64,000 nucleotides of DNA, from the NCBI GenBank assembly GCA_002159075.1, contig LZRT01000070.1, positions 9,007 to 73,006 of the forward strand. The letters are read 5' to 3'. A program made the translations under genes and the position numbers. Below are positions 46,215 to 56,849 of the stretch, in pieces. This DNA is from Bacillus thermozeamaize (GTDB lineage Bacteria; Bacillota; Bacilli; ZCTH02-B2). The notes beneath the pieces were generated by a model. The model was given only the letters and a program-made list of their open reading frames with translations, was not told the origin of the DNA and made no database searches. Every line of letters starts with the position of its first letter. Within the stretch, counting starts at the first letter, position 1.

Positions 46215-47330
46215 TTACTTGCGGATTGGAAAAGGCTGCGCATGCCGGGAAATATTCAAGAGAAGTCCGACCGCCGTCAACACAATCGTCAAGGAAGAAC
46301 CGCCGTAACTCAAGAATGGCAGTGTAATTCCGGTCACAGGAAAAAGACCGGTCACGACGCCGATGTTGATCACCACCTGAATCATGATCATCGAAATGAT
46401 CCCAATCGCCACCAAGCTCCCGAAAAAATCGGGCGCATACATCGCCACGCGAATCCCCCGCCAGGCTAAAACGGCAAACAACAGGAGAACCAGCGCTCCG
46501 CCAATAAAACCGAGTTCTTCGGCCAGGATGGAGAAAATGAAATCGGTTTGCGGCTCTGGCAGATAGCCAAATTTTTGAATGCTCTTCCCCAGACCCAGTC
46601 CCATCAGTCCGCCTGGGCCAATCGCATAAAGCGATTGAAGCAGCTGATAGCCTGAACCGAGCGGATCCTGCCACGGGTCCAGAAAGGCGATGATCCGTTG
46701 CATGCGATATGGCGCCGCAGCAATTAAGGCGATAAAGGCAGCAACGCCCAAAACCGCCAGTCCGCCAAGATGCGCGAGCCGGCTTCCGGCAGCAAACAGG
46801 ATCACCACGGTTGTCCCCATCAAGACCGTCCCCGTGCCCAGATCGGGCTGCATCATCACCAAAGCAAAAGCCAATCCCGACAAGAGCAATGCGGGAACCA
46901 TGCCGCGAAAAAAACTGGGAATCCATTCCGGTCTATCCGACAACATCTTGGCCAGGAACAGGATCAGGCCCAGCTTGACAAACTCCGCCGGCTGAATGCT
47001 AAAGGCTCCCACCCCCAGCCAGCTTCGCGCTCCTCCGCGAACCAGGCCAACCCCAGGAACCAAAACCACAAGAAGCAGCAAGAAACAAATCAACAAAAGC
47101 CAGCCGGCCCAGCGCTTCCAGACCCAGTAATCGATGTTCATCATCGTATACATGGCCGCGACCCCTAAAATCGCAAACAATAATTGTCGCTTGACGTAAT
47201 AAAAAGAGTCGCCAAACTGGTATTCCGACAAGATGGCGCTGGAACTGTACACCATGATCACGCCGATAGCCAGAAGGCCCAATACGCTGGCCATTAACAA
47301 AAAATCAGGTGCTTTTTTGCGGCCTGCCAT
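46215..47330 (-). CDS. spoVE: SEDS-family peptidoglycan glycosyltransferase SpoVE/FtsW
   Basis: 10 TM segments. It aligns along its full length with B. subtilis SpoVE, and its position between murD and murG is conserved. The start is at MAGRKKAPDFLL. Confidence 0.9.
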   Translation of the reverse strand: MAGRKKAPDFLLMASVLGLLAIGVIMVYSSSAILSEYQFGDSFYYVKRQLLFAILGVAAMYTMMNIDYWVWKRWAGWLLLICFLLLLVVLVPGVGLVRGGARSWLGVGAFSIQPAEFVKLGLILFLAKMLSDRPEWIPSFFRGMVPALLLSGLAFALVMMQPDLGTGTVLMGTTVVILFAAGSRLAHLGGLAVLGVAAFIALIAAAPYRMQRIIAFLDPWQDPLGSGYQLLQSLYAIGPGGLMGLGLGKSIQKFGYLPEPQTDFIFSILAEELGFIGGALVLLLFAVLAWRGIRVAMYAPDFFGSLVAIGIISMIMIQVVINIGVVTGLFPVTGITLPFLSYGGSSLTIVLTAVGLLLNISRHAQPFPIRK

Positions 47331-47374
47331 GATCCCCACCCCGCTTTCACAGACATGTCCCGCCTGGGAAACTA

Positions 47375-48754
47375 CTAGAGCTTATGCACGGCTTGTTTGA
47401 AGATATTCCCGCGTTCTTCAAAGGAACGGTACATATCCCAACTTGCGCATGCCGGTGAAAGCAGCACCACGTCGCCCGGAGGGGTGATCACGGCTGCCAA
47501 ATCGACCGCTTCCTCAACACTGCCAACCGTTGAACAAAGACTGACACCTGCCCGCCGGCACATCTCAATGATCCGCTCCGAGGTTTCTCCATAAGCGATG
47601 ACCCTTTTGACATGTTTTTGCACAATCGGGATCATCTCATCAAAGGAATGGCCGCGATCCAATCCGCCTGCAATCCAGGTAATCCCTTCCTTGAAAGAAC
47701 GCAAAGCGGTGATGGCCGCGGTGGTATTGGTCGCCTTTGAATCGTTGTAATAGGCGACACCGTTCACCTTCCGGACAAATTCCAACCGGTGTTCAACGCC
47801 TGTAAAGGTGCTTGCGACGCGTCGAACAGCCTCAACCGGCAGCCCGTAAGCCACAGCGGCACAAGAGGCGGCCAGCAGATTTTCGAGGTTATGATCCCCT
47901 TTCAGCGCCACGTCACTCCGGGAAAACAGGCGCCTGCGTTGTCCGTCGGGCGGCTGCCAATAAACCTCCCCGTCTTCCAAATACACGCCGGGTGAGACCG
48001 CAGATCGGATGCTGAACCACCAAATTTGGGCGCCAATTTCCGGCGCCAGACGAACACTGACCTCCTGATCGGCGTTCAATACAGCCACATCATCCGCCCT
48101 TTGATTGGCAAACAACTTCAACTTGGCACGCGTGTATTCTTCCAGCGTCCCGTGATAATCCAAGTGAGCGGGATAAATATTGGTCAAAACAGCGACATCA
48201 GGCCGAAAATCCAGCGTCCCCAGCAATTGGAAACTGCTCAGTTCCACCACCAGCGTCTCGTCTGGCCGGGAATGAAACGCAACTTCGGACATCACCATCC
48301 CGATATTTCCCACAACATGAGCCTTTCGTTCCGCTTGACGAAACATCTCGCCAATCAACGAAGTGGTTGTGGTTTTCCCGTTCGAACCGGTGATGCCGAT
48401 CATCGGCGAAACCGTCCACTGCCATCCCAGCTCTACTTCGGTGATGACAGGAATCTGATACTTTATCGCCTGCTGGATTGGAAGAATCCGGTACGGGATG
48501 CCCGGATTTTTGACCACCAAATCGACGCCCGGATCGATCAAATCGTCAGGATGGCCGCCCCACCGACAAACGATTCCCCGCTCTTCCAACTTCCGCTTGG
48601 CTTCCGGCGGAATTTGCCAGGCCTCTTGCCGGTCATTCACCGTCACTTGTGCGCCCAGTTCCCAAAGCAGGCAGGCGGCGGCCAGTCCGCTTTTGGCCAG
48701 TCCAATGACAACCACCCTTTTGCCGCGAAACCAGCTTCGACCATAACGCCGCAT
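47375..48754 (-). CDS. murD: UDP-N-acetylmuramoylalanine--D-glutamate ligase
   Basis: Mur ligase P-loop [12 protein letters not shown]. Confidence 0.93.
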   Translation of the reverse strand: MRRYGRSWFRGKRVVVIGLAKSGLAAACLLWELGAQVTVNDRQEAWQIPPEAKRKLEERGIVCRWGGHPDDLIDPGVDLVVKNPGIPYRILPIQQAIKYQIPVITEVELGWQWTVSPMIGITGSNGKTTTTSLIGEMFRQAERKAHVVGNIGMVMSEVAFHSRPDETLVVELSSFQLLGTLDFRPDVAVLTNIYPAHLDYHGTLEEYTRAKLKLFANQRADDVAVLNADQEVSVRLAPEIGAQIWWFSIRSAVSPGVYLEDGEVYWQPPDGQRRRLFSRSDVALKGDHNLENLLAASCAAVAYGLPVEAVRRVASTFTGVEHRLEFVRKVNGVAYYNDSKATNTTAAITALRSFKEGITWIAGGLDRGHSFDEMIPIVQKHVKRVIAYGETSERIIEMCRRAGVSLCSTVGSVEEAVDLAAVITPPGDVVLLSPACASWDMYRSFEERGNIFKQAVHKL

Positions 48755-49717
48755 CTATACCAACACTCCCAGATAAAGGCCAACTCCTGCAAAGACAAAA
48801 CTGATCAACCAGAAAGTGACCACCACCCGCCACTCCGACCATCCGGATAATTCAAAGTGGTGATGGATCGGGCTCATCTTGAACACCCGCTTTTTGCGCG
48901 TCTTGTATGAAATCACCTGGATGATGACGGATAAGGCCTCAATCACAAACACCCCGCCGATGACGATCAACAGCAACTCCGTCTTCGTCATGATCGCAAT
49001 GGCTGCCAAGGCGCCACCAATGGCCAGCGAACCTGTATCCCCCATAAAGACTTTGGCGGGATGGGCGTTAAACACGAGGAAGCCCAAAACCGCACCCATC
49101 ATCGCACAACTGAACAAGGCGATCTCCGGCTTCATGTAGACCCAGGCAATGATCCCATAGGTGGCAAAAGCGATGCCAGCCGTACCTGCCAGCAACCCGT
49201 CCAATCCATCGGTCAGGTTGACCGCATTGGTCGTCGCAAGGTTAATCAGGACCAGCAGCAGAAAGTAGGACCAGCCCAGATTGATTTCCCACTGCGTGCC
49301 GGGGACAGAAACGGTAAACGGATGATCCATCCTTTGCAGCAGCAAATACATGGATAAAGCCAGAAGCAACTGCAAAAAAAGTTTTTGCGTTGCGGTCAGG
49401 CCCAAATTACGCTTCATCACTACCTTGATAAAATCGTCCAAAAAACCTATCAGTCCGTAACCCAGCATGGATAACAATAACAGGCTGAGTGTGGGCGTAA
49501 AATCGGCAAAGAGAAACGTGGCCAGTACCGCCGGCAGCATGATCATCAGCCCGCCCATGGTCGGCGTGCCTGCTTTTTTCTGATGCCCCTTTGGCCCGTC
49601 TTCCCGTATGTATTGGCCAAATTTCAGCCGCCGCAGGAGCGGGATCATCAAGGGCGAAAGGAAAACTGCCAGCATGAATGCCGCAAAGACGGTCAAAATT
49701 AAGGGTCTAATTTCCAT
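48755..49717 (-). CDS. mraY: Phospho-N-acetylmuramoyl-pentapeptide-transferase
   Basis: The start is at MEIRPLIL, after GAGGGGA and overlapping the murF stop (TGATG). Conserved DD, NxxNxxDGxDGL and HHH motifs are present. Confidence 0.93.
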   Translation of the reverse strand: MEIRPLILTVFAAFMLAVFLSPLMIPLLRRLKFGQYIREDGPKGHQKKAGTPTMGGLMIMLPAVLATFLFADFTPTLSLLLLSMLGYGLIGFLDDFIKVVMKRNLGLTATQKLFLQLLLALSMYLLLQRMDHPFTVSVPGTQWEINLGWSYFLLLVLINLATTNAVNLTDGLDGLLAGTAGIAFATYGIIAWVYMKPEIALFSCAMMGAVLGFLVFNAHPAKVFMGDTGSLAIGGALAAIAIMTKTELLLIVIGGVFVIEALSVIIQVISYKTRKKRVFKMSPIHHHFELSGWSEWRVVVTFWLISFVFAGVGLYLGVLV

Positions 49718-51108
49718 CAGGTATCCCCTCGCAACATGTCGATGATCTTCTCCATGCGCATCCCGCGTGAGGCCTTTACCAAAAGCAGCGTTCCCGGCTT
49801 CGCCCATTTCCTTAACGCCTGAACGGCCGCGCCTAGATCAGCAAATTGAAAAACCCGCGAACCAGGGAACCCCAGCCGAAGCGCTTCATCAGCTATCCAG
49901 CGGGCACGGGAGCCGTACACCACGAGGGCATCCAACCAATCGGGCGACAAATGCTCAGCCAGTTGGCGGTGAAGCCGCTCTTCCTGCTCACCCAATTCCA
50001 GAATGTCCCCGAGCAAAGCCACCTTGGCGGAACAACCATCCAATTCCCGCAACAGTTCAAGCGCTGCCCGCATGGATGTTGGACTGGCGTTGTAGGCGTC
50101 CATCAGGATATGCATGCCATTGGGCCCTTCCTGCACCTCCATGCGCATCCCGCTCAGTTCGGCGGACGACAGCCCCTGCGCGATGGCCTCTTCGGCAAGG
50201 CCCAATTGCAAACCGCAGAGCACCGCCGCCAATGCATTCATGATCATATGGCGCCCGATCACCGGTACCGTCAGCATCTTCCGCGTACGGTTCGTGGTAA
50301 AGCGCGTTTGCCGAAGGCCTTCCCGTTCGATAAACAGGGGGTAAAGGTCGTTGTCGGAGCGAAAACCGAAACGAAGGATGGAACCAGGGTACGGAATCTT
50401 GTCCAATAGCGGTTCATCGCCATTGACGAGCAACACGCCGGCCGCATCCATCCCCTCGATGATCTCCATTTTGGCCGCTGCAATCCCCTCGCGTGAACCG
50501 AGATACTGCAGGTGCGCATCGCCAATATTGGTAATAATACCGATGTCGGGCCGGGCCAGACGGGAAAGCAGGGCGATTTCCCCAGGATGGTTCATTCCCA
50601 TTTCCACGACGGCCACTTCTGTCTCTTCCTGCAACTCCAACAGCGTCATCGGCAGCCCGATGTGATTGTTCAGGTTTCCCTTTGTCTTGTGCACTTTGTA
50701 GCCTTGCGAAAGGACGGCAGAAACGAGGTCTTTGGTCGTCGTCTTGCCATTGCTTCCCGTCACGGCGACCACTTTGACGGCCAGCTCCCGCCGGTAACAT
50801 GCTGCCATCCGTTGCAGCGCAGTCAAGGGATCATCCACCAAGATCAGCGGCAGGGCGGTCCCCGGCGTCAGTTCCGGCGGAAGCGGCCGATCTTTGGGGT
50901 ACAAGCAGGCAACCGCTCCCTTGGCCAAAGCCTCCGGCACAAATTGGCAGCCGTCAAAGCGTTCGCCCTGCAATGGGACAAACAAGTTTCCCGGAACAAC
51001 CTGACGGCTGTCTGTCGCCACGCCGTTACACATCCTCGACAAATCCTCACTGCTTCCCAGCCAAGATCCGTCCACCATCTTGAGAACATGCTGTATCTGC
51101 CGTTTCAT
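49717..51108 (-). CDS. murF: UDP-N-acetylmuramoyl-tripeptide--D-alanyl-D-alanine ligase
   Basis: Mur ligase P-loop [11 protein letters not shown]. It overlaps the murE stop (ATGA). Confidence 0.92.
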   Translation of the reverse strand: MKRQIQHVLKMVDGSWLGSSEDLSRMCNGVATDSRQVVPGNLFVPLQGERFDGCQFVPEALAKGAVACLYPKDRPLPPELTPGTALPLILVDDPLTALQRMAACYRRELAVKVVAVTGSNGKTTTKDLVSAVLSQGYKVHKTKGNLNNHIGLPMTLLELQEETEVAVVEMGMNHPGEIALLSRLARPDIGIITNIGDAHLQYLGSREGIAAAKMEIIEGMDAAGVLLVNGDEPLLDKIPYPGSILRFGFRSDNDLYPLFIEREGLRQTRFTTNRTRKMLTVPVIGRHMIMNALAAVLCGLQLGLAEEAIAQGLSSAELSGMRMEVQEGPNGMHILMDAYNASPTSMRAALELLRELDGCSAKVALLGDILELGEQEERLHRQLAEHLSPDWLDALVVYGSRARWIADEALRLGFPGSRVFQFADLGAAVQALRKWAKPGTLLLVKASRGMRMEKIIDMLRGDT

Positions 51109-52589
51109 AACATCTCTCCCGACTTGCTTCGCTCACGAAGCGCCTCTCTGGCCACTTCCCGATCATCAAAAGGCAGCATCTGCTGGCCGATGATCTGGTA
51201 TGTTTCATGACCCTTCCCTGCAATCAGGACGGTATCGCCAGGCCTGGCTCGCCGGATGGCTTCAAAAATCGCTTCCCGGCGATCCGCCACCCGGAGCCAA
51301 CGCTGAGGTTCTTCCTGCACGCCGGCCTCCATCTCATCCAAGATGTTCTCAGGATCTTCGGAGCGGGGATTATCTGAAGTAAAAATGGCCAAATCGCTGT
51401 AGTCAACCGCCACACGGGCCATTTGCGGGCGTTTGCCGCGATCGCGATCGCCGCCACATCCGACGACACATAGCACGCGCCCCTTGGCAAAGCCGCGAAT
51501 CGCCTTCAGCACGTTCTCCAGGCTGTCCGGCGTATGGGCATAATCGACGATCACATGCACATCCTGACCCTCTTCAATCCGTTCAAAACGCCCCGGGACG
51601 CCAGGCATCTGCTCAAGGCTGTCCCGGATTTGATGGAGCTCCAATCCTTCCAGCATCGCTGCCGCAAGAGCGGCCAAGGCATTGTACACATTAAAGAGCC
51701 CCACCATCTTCAGGTGCAGCCGAACGCTTCCCCGGTAGGTATTTACATCCACGGTCGTCCCTTCGGGGCGCAAATCGATTCCCACCGCTTGGACATCGGA
51801 CTCATGGTGGATGCCGTAGGTAATGACCGGATGGGCCGTCACGCGGGCCAACCGAAGAGCGGACGGATCATCGGCATTCAGCACAGCATACTGGCGCATC
51901 TTCCCATAACTGTTTCCAAGGCCGGAAAACAATAGTGATTTGGCAAACCAATACTGTTCCATGCTCTCATGAAAATCCAGATGATCCTGGGTCAGATTGG
52001 TAAATACGGCCGTACGAAAAAGGCTTCCCCGAACACGCCCCAATTCCAGCGCATGCGATGAGACCTCCATGATCACATACTCCGTCCCCAAATCGGCCAT
52101 TTGACGGAACATGGACTGCAATTCCAGCACATCCGGGGTCGTGTTGCGAGACGGAAGCCACTGCTCACCCACCTTATGCCGGATCGTGCCGACAAGACCG
52201 GTTTTGTAGCCGGCATCGGCAAAAATTTTCTCTAAAAGATAGGTAATCGTCGTCTTTCCGTTGGTGCCCGTCACTCCGATCAACTTCATCTCTTGCGTCG
52301 GAAGGCCAAAAAAATGGCTGGCCACGATGGCCATCGCACGCCGGGCATCTCGGACGCGGACTTGGGGAACGGCGATTGGCAGAAACCGCTCTACGAGCAG
52401 GGCCACTGCACCTCGCTCAACGGCTTGAGCAGCAAAATCGTGGCCATCCACGGTATACCCGGGCAAGCAGATGAACAAATCTCCCGGGACCACCTTCCGC
52501 GAATCGGCTTGGATTCCGGAAAAGGTCGTCGTCGCCTGGCCACGGATGTCTGCTGTCACCAGCAGTTCCTGTACATCTGAAAGCTGCAT
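51105..52589 (-). CDS. murE: UDP-N-acetylmuramoyl-L-alanyl-D-glutamate--2,6-diaminopimelate ligase
   Basis: Contains GVTGTNGKTT and a DNPR motif that indicates meso-DAP specificity. Confidence 0.93.
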   Translation of the reverse strand: MQLSDVQELLVTADIRGQATTTFSGIQADSRKVVPGDLFICLPGYTVDGHDFAAQAVERGAVALLVERFLPIAVPQVRVRDARRAMAIVASHFFGLPTQEMKLIGVTGTNGKTTITYLLEKIFADAGYKTGLVGTIRHKVGEQWLPSRNTTPDVLELQSMFRQMADLGTEYVIMEVSSHALELGRVRGSLFRTAVFTNLTQDHLDFHESMEQYWFAKSLLFSGLGNSYGKMRQYAVLNADDPSALRLARVTAHPVITYGIHHESDVQAVGIDLRPEGTTVDVNTYRGSVRLHLKMVGLFNVYNALAALAAAMLEGLELHQIRDSLEQMPGVPGRFERIEEGQDVHVIVDYAHTPDSLENVLKAIRGFAKGRVLCVVGCGGDRDRGKRPQMARVAVDYSDLAIFTSDNPRSEDPENILDEMEAGVQEEPQRWLRVADRREAIFEAIRRARPGDTVLIAGKGHETYQIIGQQMLPFDDREVAREALRERSKSGEML

Positions 52590-52610
52590 GAGCGATGCCC
52601 CCTTATCCTC

Positions 52611-52642
52611 ATTATAAACCTCCCGGCCCTCTTTCTAATCAA
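52611..52642 (-). promoter_or_regulatory. Candidate murE promoter (-10 TTATAAT; -35 TTAGAA at 16 nt or TTGATT at 20 nt)
   Basis: The minus strand reads TTGATTagaaagagggccgggaggtTTATAAT, then the RBS AAGGGGG before the murE ATG. Confidence 0.45.
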
Positions 52643-52674
52643 CATATCGAGAAAGATTCACTTTATACCAAATA

Positions 52675-52718
52675 TAAAATCATCAAGAAAGAATCCCACA
52701 AGCCAACGGCATTGTGGG
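52675..52718 (-). terminator. Intrinsic terminator after spoVD (upstream of murE)
   Basis: On the minus RNA: CCCACAA-ugccguuggc-UUGUGGG followed by AUUCUUUCUUGAUGAUUUUAUAUUU. Confidence 0.7.
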
Positions 52719-52755
52719 AAGCAACCGTTCCTCCTCCATTGTAGACCGATGGCGC

Positions 52756-54687
52756 TCATTTGTCATCTCTCTTTCCGTCTCCCAAGTAGACCCGTATCGT
52801 CGCATACGGAGCCACTTTCACCCCTGCCTTTGGCGCCTGATTGATGACGGTATCCCCTTCTCCGTAGGTCTCCAAACGAAAGCCAAATTGACTCAATTGC
52901 AACTCCTGGACACTAGCCCCGATCAAATCAGGCACCTCGACCAACGGCTGCTCATTTGGACGCCGTTCTTTCCGAATCTGCTCCTTCCGCGGCTGGACGC
53001 GCAGGTAATGCAGGCTGTCTTCCAAGATGTTTCGCACGATCGGAGCCGCCACCACACCCCCAAACTGGATCCCCTTCGGATTGTCTACTGCGACATAGAC
53101 GACAATTTGCGGATCATCCGCCGGGGCAAAACCCATAAAGGAGACAATGTGATTGTTTTGCAAGTACTGTCCCCCGGCTCCCACCTTTTGTGCCGTCCCT
53201 GTTTTCCCGCCTACCCGGTAGCCGTCAATAAAGGCATTGCTCCCTGTTCCTTTGGCGACGACACTCTCCAGTGCCATCCGCACTTTTTCGGATGTTTCCG
53301 GAGAGATCACCTGCCGGATGAATTCTGGTTCAAAACGCTGAATGACTTCGCCCGTTTCCGGATCTTGGATTTGTTTGGCGATATGGGGTTTCATCAGCCG
53401 ACCTCCGTTGATGGCAGCCGCGACGGCGCTGACTTGCTGGATAGGCGTCACGGAAACCCCTTGGCCGAAAGAGGTCGTGGCCAGCTCGACCGGACCGACG
53501 CGTTCCAGCGGAAAGAGGATGCCTGAGGCTTCTCCGTTTAAATCAATCCCTGTCTTGCTGCCAAAACCAAAATCACGGATGTATTTGAAAAGCAGATCTT
53601 TTCCGAGCCGCTGGCCGATTTCAATGAATCCGGGGTTACAAGAGTTTTCCACCACTTCCAGAAACGATTGATGGCCATGTCCTCCCGCCTTCCAGCACCG
53701 GATTCTCACGCCAGCCACAACCGCATAGCCGGGATCGAAAAAGGATTCGTCAAGATTCAACTTGTGCTCCTCAAGGGCGGCCGCCAGCGTGATGATTTTG
53801 AATGTGGAGCCTGGCTCATACGCCATCCAGATGGGCAGCACGCGGTTGTACACCTCTTGCGGGTATCGCTGGAACTCGCCAGGATGATAATGGGGCCGGC
53901 TGGCCATTCCCAGGATCTCACCGGTATTAGGATTCATGGCAATGGCCAGGGCATGATCGGCGTCATACTGCAGCATGGCTTGATCCAATTCCCGTTCGAT
54001 AAAGGATTGAATCGACTGATCCAGCGTGAGAATGAGATCGTACCCGTCTTTTGGCGGATGGTATCCCTCATCCTGATCGGGAATTTCACGTCCACGGGCA
54101 TCCGCTAAAAACGAAATGCTCCCCTTTGTTCCCCGCAACAACTCATCATATGCATACTCCAGGCCCGCCAAGCCTTGATTGTCGACACCAGTGAAGCCCA
54201 ACACATGGGAGGCGAACGTGCCATGCGGGTAGTATCGCTTGCTGTCTTCGGCGATGACGATGCCGGGAAGTTTCAACGCCCTCACTTGCTGCGCCTTTTC
54301 CGGACTGATGCGCCTGCCTTCCGGGACGATTCGCACCATCAACTGCCGCTTCGTCAGCAGCTGATAAAGACGCTCTTCCTCCATTCCCAGCACTTCTCCC
54401 AGGGCGGCCGCCACCTTTTTCGGTTCCTTGATTTGTGCAGGAATCGCCAGCACGGAGGGGGCGCTCACGTTATCGGCCAGCACCTCCCCATTGCGATCCA
54501 AAATCCGTCCCCGCATCGGCTCAAAGGGGATTTCCCGGTTCCATAACTGATGCGCCTTTTCCGTCAACCATTCCCCTCGAATCAATTGGACATAAGCCAG
54601 TCGTCCGATTAACACGGAAAACAGGAGCAACGCCGCAACGAGGCAGATGAACAGGCGCCGGCTGATCAAGGATTGCGAGATTCGCAT
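52756..54687 (-). CDS. spoVD: Class B penicillin-binding protein SpoVD (transpeptidase + one C-terminal PASTA)
   Basis: Contains STFK, SCN and KTGT motifs and a single C-terminal PASTA domain. The start is at MRISQSLI. Confidence 0.88.
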   Translation of the reverse strand: MRISQSLISRRLFICLVAALLLFSVLIGRLAYVQLIRGEWLTEKAHQLWNREIPFEPMRGRILDRNGEVLADNVSAPSVLAIPAQIKEPKKVAAALGEVLGMEEERLYQLLTKRQLMVRIVPEGRRISPEKAQQVRALKLPGIVIAEDSKRYYPHGTFASHVLGFTGVDNQGLAGLEYAYDELLRGTKGSISFLADARGREIPDQDEGYHPPKDGYDLILTLDQSIQSFIERELDQAMLQYDADHALAIAMNPNTGEILGMASRPHYHPGEFQRYPQEVYNRVLPIWMAYEPGSTFKIITLAAALEEHKLNLDESFFDPGYAVVAGVRIRCWKAGGHGHQSFLEVVENSCNPGFIEIGQRLGKDLLFKYIRDFGFGSKTGIDLNGEASGILFPLERVGPVELATTSFGQGVSVTPIQQVSAVAAAINGGRLMKPHIAKQIQDPETGEVIQRFEPEFIRQVISPETSEKVRMALESVVAKGTGSNAFIDGYRVGGKTGTAQKVGAGGQYLQNNHIVSFMGFAPADDPQIVVYVAVDNPKGIQFGGVVAAPIVRNILEDSLHYLRVQPRKEQIRKERRPNEQPLVEVPDLIGASVQELQLSQFGFRLETYGEGDTVINQAPKAGVKVAPYATIRVYLGDGKRDDK

Positions 54688-54744
54688 CGGACTCCCCCCT
54701 TGTACACTACTGTATTCGCCGGTGTACAAGGTTAGAACGATGCA

Positions 54745-56463
54745 TCACTCCGTCGGAACGCGCAGATAATGCAACGTATTGCGCATAATGTCCTGGAAGA
54801 CCGGCGCAGCCACCGTTCCCCCGTAATGTCCCTCCTGCGGCGCATCCAGCGCCACATAAACCAGCACTTTCGGTTGATCGGCAGGCGCAAAACCGATAAA
54901 CGAGGCAATATACTCGCCCTTGATCAGCCGTCCCGTTTTTTCGTCGAATTTCTGCGCCGTACCCGTTTTCCCTGCCACCCGGTACCCTTCCAGGTAAGCA
55001 GCCTGCCCGCTGCCCTCGGAAACGACCGTCTCGAGAATTTCGCGGACCTGACGCGAGGTTTCCTCGCTGATCACCTGTTTTCCTTCCGACTTGGGTCCCT
55101 CATACACAACAGTGCCATCCTTCTTTTTCACCTGCTTGACAATCGTCATGGGCAGGACCTTGCCGCCATTGGCAACCGCCCCTACAGCGGCAACCTGCTG
55201 GATCGGCGTAACGGAAACCGCCTGGCCAAAGGAAATGGCGGCCACATCACGAGGCGCAATTTGCTCCGAGATCGGCGGCACTCGGCCGATCACCTCGCCG
55301 GGCAATTCAATGCCGGTCTTTTTTGTAAAACCAAACTGTTGAATGTAACGAATCAGCCGTTCCTTGCCGAGCCGTTCAACCCCCAGCTTGGCAAACAACA
55401 CATTGCTGGATTTTTGCACGCCCTCCAAAAACGTGATCGTCCCCCAGCCGCGACCAGCGTTGTGGTCCCGAACCGGAATCCTCGAGCCTGGCACCCTGTA
55501 AGTGCCGGACAGATACTTTTCCCCTGGCCGGAAAAGACCTTCCTCAATGGCTGCCGCCAGCGTGATAATCTTAAACGTGGAACCGGGCTCAAAGGGGTAG
55601 CTGACCGCATAGTTGCTATAGTTTTCGATCTTCCAGTACTGATTCGGATCGAAGCCGGGGCGAACGGACATGGCCAATATCTCCCCGCTGTTCGGGTCGG
55701 ACACAATCGCGACCATCCGTTTCGGCCGATACTCTCTTTGCGCGCGGTCCAGCGCCTGCTCGACAAAACTCTGGATTGTCCGATCGATGGTCAAATAGAC
55801 ATCCGCGCCATCCTCCGCCGGTATGTATTCCAGTTCGCCATTCGGCAGAGGAATCCCCCGGGCATCCTTGACAAAACGGTTTTTCCCTTCTTTGCCCCGA
55901 AGCCATTCATCCATCGACAGCTCCAAGCCCATTTTCGCCTTTCCTTCCAAATCCACATAGCCGAGAAGGTGGGCAGCCAGTTCTTTATTGGGATAAAACC
56001 GCCTGGTCTCCTCCATCAGATGGATCCCTTTTAATTCCAACGCCTCAATCGCTTTTGCTTTCTCGGCGTCCACTTTCCACCCGCCTTGGCGAAGTTCCAC
56101 CTGATACGCATCTTTGTTCAGCTGCTTGTACAGGATATCCGTGGAAGTATCCAGTACCGGCGATAAGGCCTTGGCAACCTCTTTGGGATCCTCAATGTGA
56201 TTCGGATCTTTCTTGGACAAGGTAGCAACAACCGTATAAGCAGGCGCGTCGTAGGCAAGCGCTTCGCCATGGCGATCATAAATTTTCCCTCGCACGGGCC
56301 GGATGACTTCGTTGCGGTTCCAGACGAGGGTTGCCTTCTCCTGCAACCAGGCGGCGTCCACGGCTTGAAGCCAAAAAATCCGGATCAGCAACCCAGCGAA
56401 CAACAGGCTGAATATCAGCCCCAGCAAAAGGGTACGCAGGCCGATCCGTTGCATGCGATTCAT
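54745..56463 (-). CDS. pbpB: Class B penicillin-binding protein 2B (division transpeptidase, no PASTA)
   Basis: Contains STFK, SSN and KTGT motifs. The protein ends right after the transpeptidase domain. Confidence 0.88.
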   Translation of the reverse strand: MNRMQRIGLRTLLLGLIFSLLFAGLLIRIFWLQAVDAAWLQEKATLVWNRNEVIRPVRGKIYDRHGEALAYDAPAYTVVATLSKKDPNHIEDPKEVAKALSPVLDTSTDILYKQLNKDAYQVELRQGGWKVDAEKAKAIEALELKGIHLMEETRRFYPNKELAAHLLGYVDLEGKAKMGLELSMDEWLRGKEGKNRFVKDARGIPLPNGELEYIPAEDGADVYLTIDRTIQSFVEQALDRAQREYRPKRMVAIVSDPNSGEILAMSVRPGFDPNQYWKIENYSNYAVSYPFEPGSTFKIITLAAAIEEGLFRPGEKYLSGTYRVPGSRIPVRDHNAGRGWGTITFLEGVQKSSNVLFAKLGVERLGKERLIRYIQQFGFTKKTGIELPGEVIGRVPPISEQIAPRDVAAISFGQAVSVTPIQQVAAVGAVANGGKVLPMTIVKQVKKKDGTVVYEGPKSEGKQVISEETSRQVREILETVVSEGSGQAAYLEGYRVAGKTGTAQKFDEKTGRLIKGEYIASFIGFAPADQPKVLVYVALDAPQEGHYGGTVAAPVFQDIMRNTLHYLRVPTE

Positions 56464-56479
56464 TCGTCTGCACTCTCTT

Positions 56480-56827
56480 TCACTCTTTGGATAAAATGAT
56501 CAGACGCTTTTCATCGACAGACATTCCCATTTGTTCAGCCTTGCCGATAATTTTCTCGGGCGTGCTGTTTTTCGCCAGCTCCATTTGCAATTGGAGAACC
56601 TGTTCTTTTTCCTGTTGGATCTGTTTCCGCAAATCCTGCACCTGATAATTGACGGACGCCAAAACGGTGTATTGGGTGATCAAATATGCGGCAACACCAA
56701 TGCAAAGGCTCAAACAAGCGAGATAAAACAACTTTTCGCCGATGGAAAGCCCCGTCCGCACGACCCGGGTCCGTTTGACAACCTTTTTCCGTGGCACTGG
56801 TCGTACGGCCAAATTCCCTCTCGTCAT
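56480..56827 (-). CDS. ftsL: Cell division protein FtsL
   Basis: Single TM segment plus a leucine-zipper-like coiled coil. The track start at 56839 is GTG with no RBS; the ATG at MTRG follows GGGTGGAG. Confidence 0.8.
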   Translation of the reverse strand: MTRGNLAVRPVPRKKVVKRTRVVRTGLSIGEKLFYLACLSLCIGVAAYLITQYTVLASVNYQVQDLRKQIQQEKEQVLQLQMELAKNSTPEKIIGKAEQMGMSVDEKRLIILSKE

Positions 56828-56849
56828 CCCTGTCTCCACCCTTTATTTT

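Noticed and set aside
46144-46926. 260-aa ORF on the same strand as spoVE in a shifted frame, running into murG.
   Set aside because: It overlaps the well-conserved spoVE reading frame almost completely. It is Arg/Gly/Cys-rich with no homology pattern or RBS, so I treat it as spurious.
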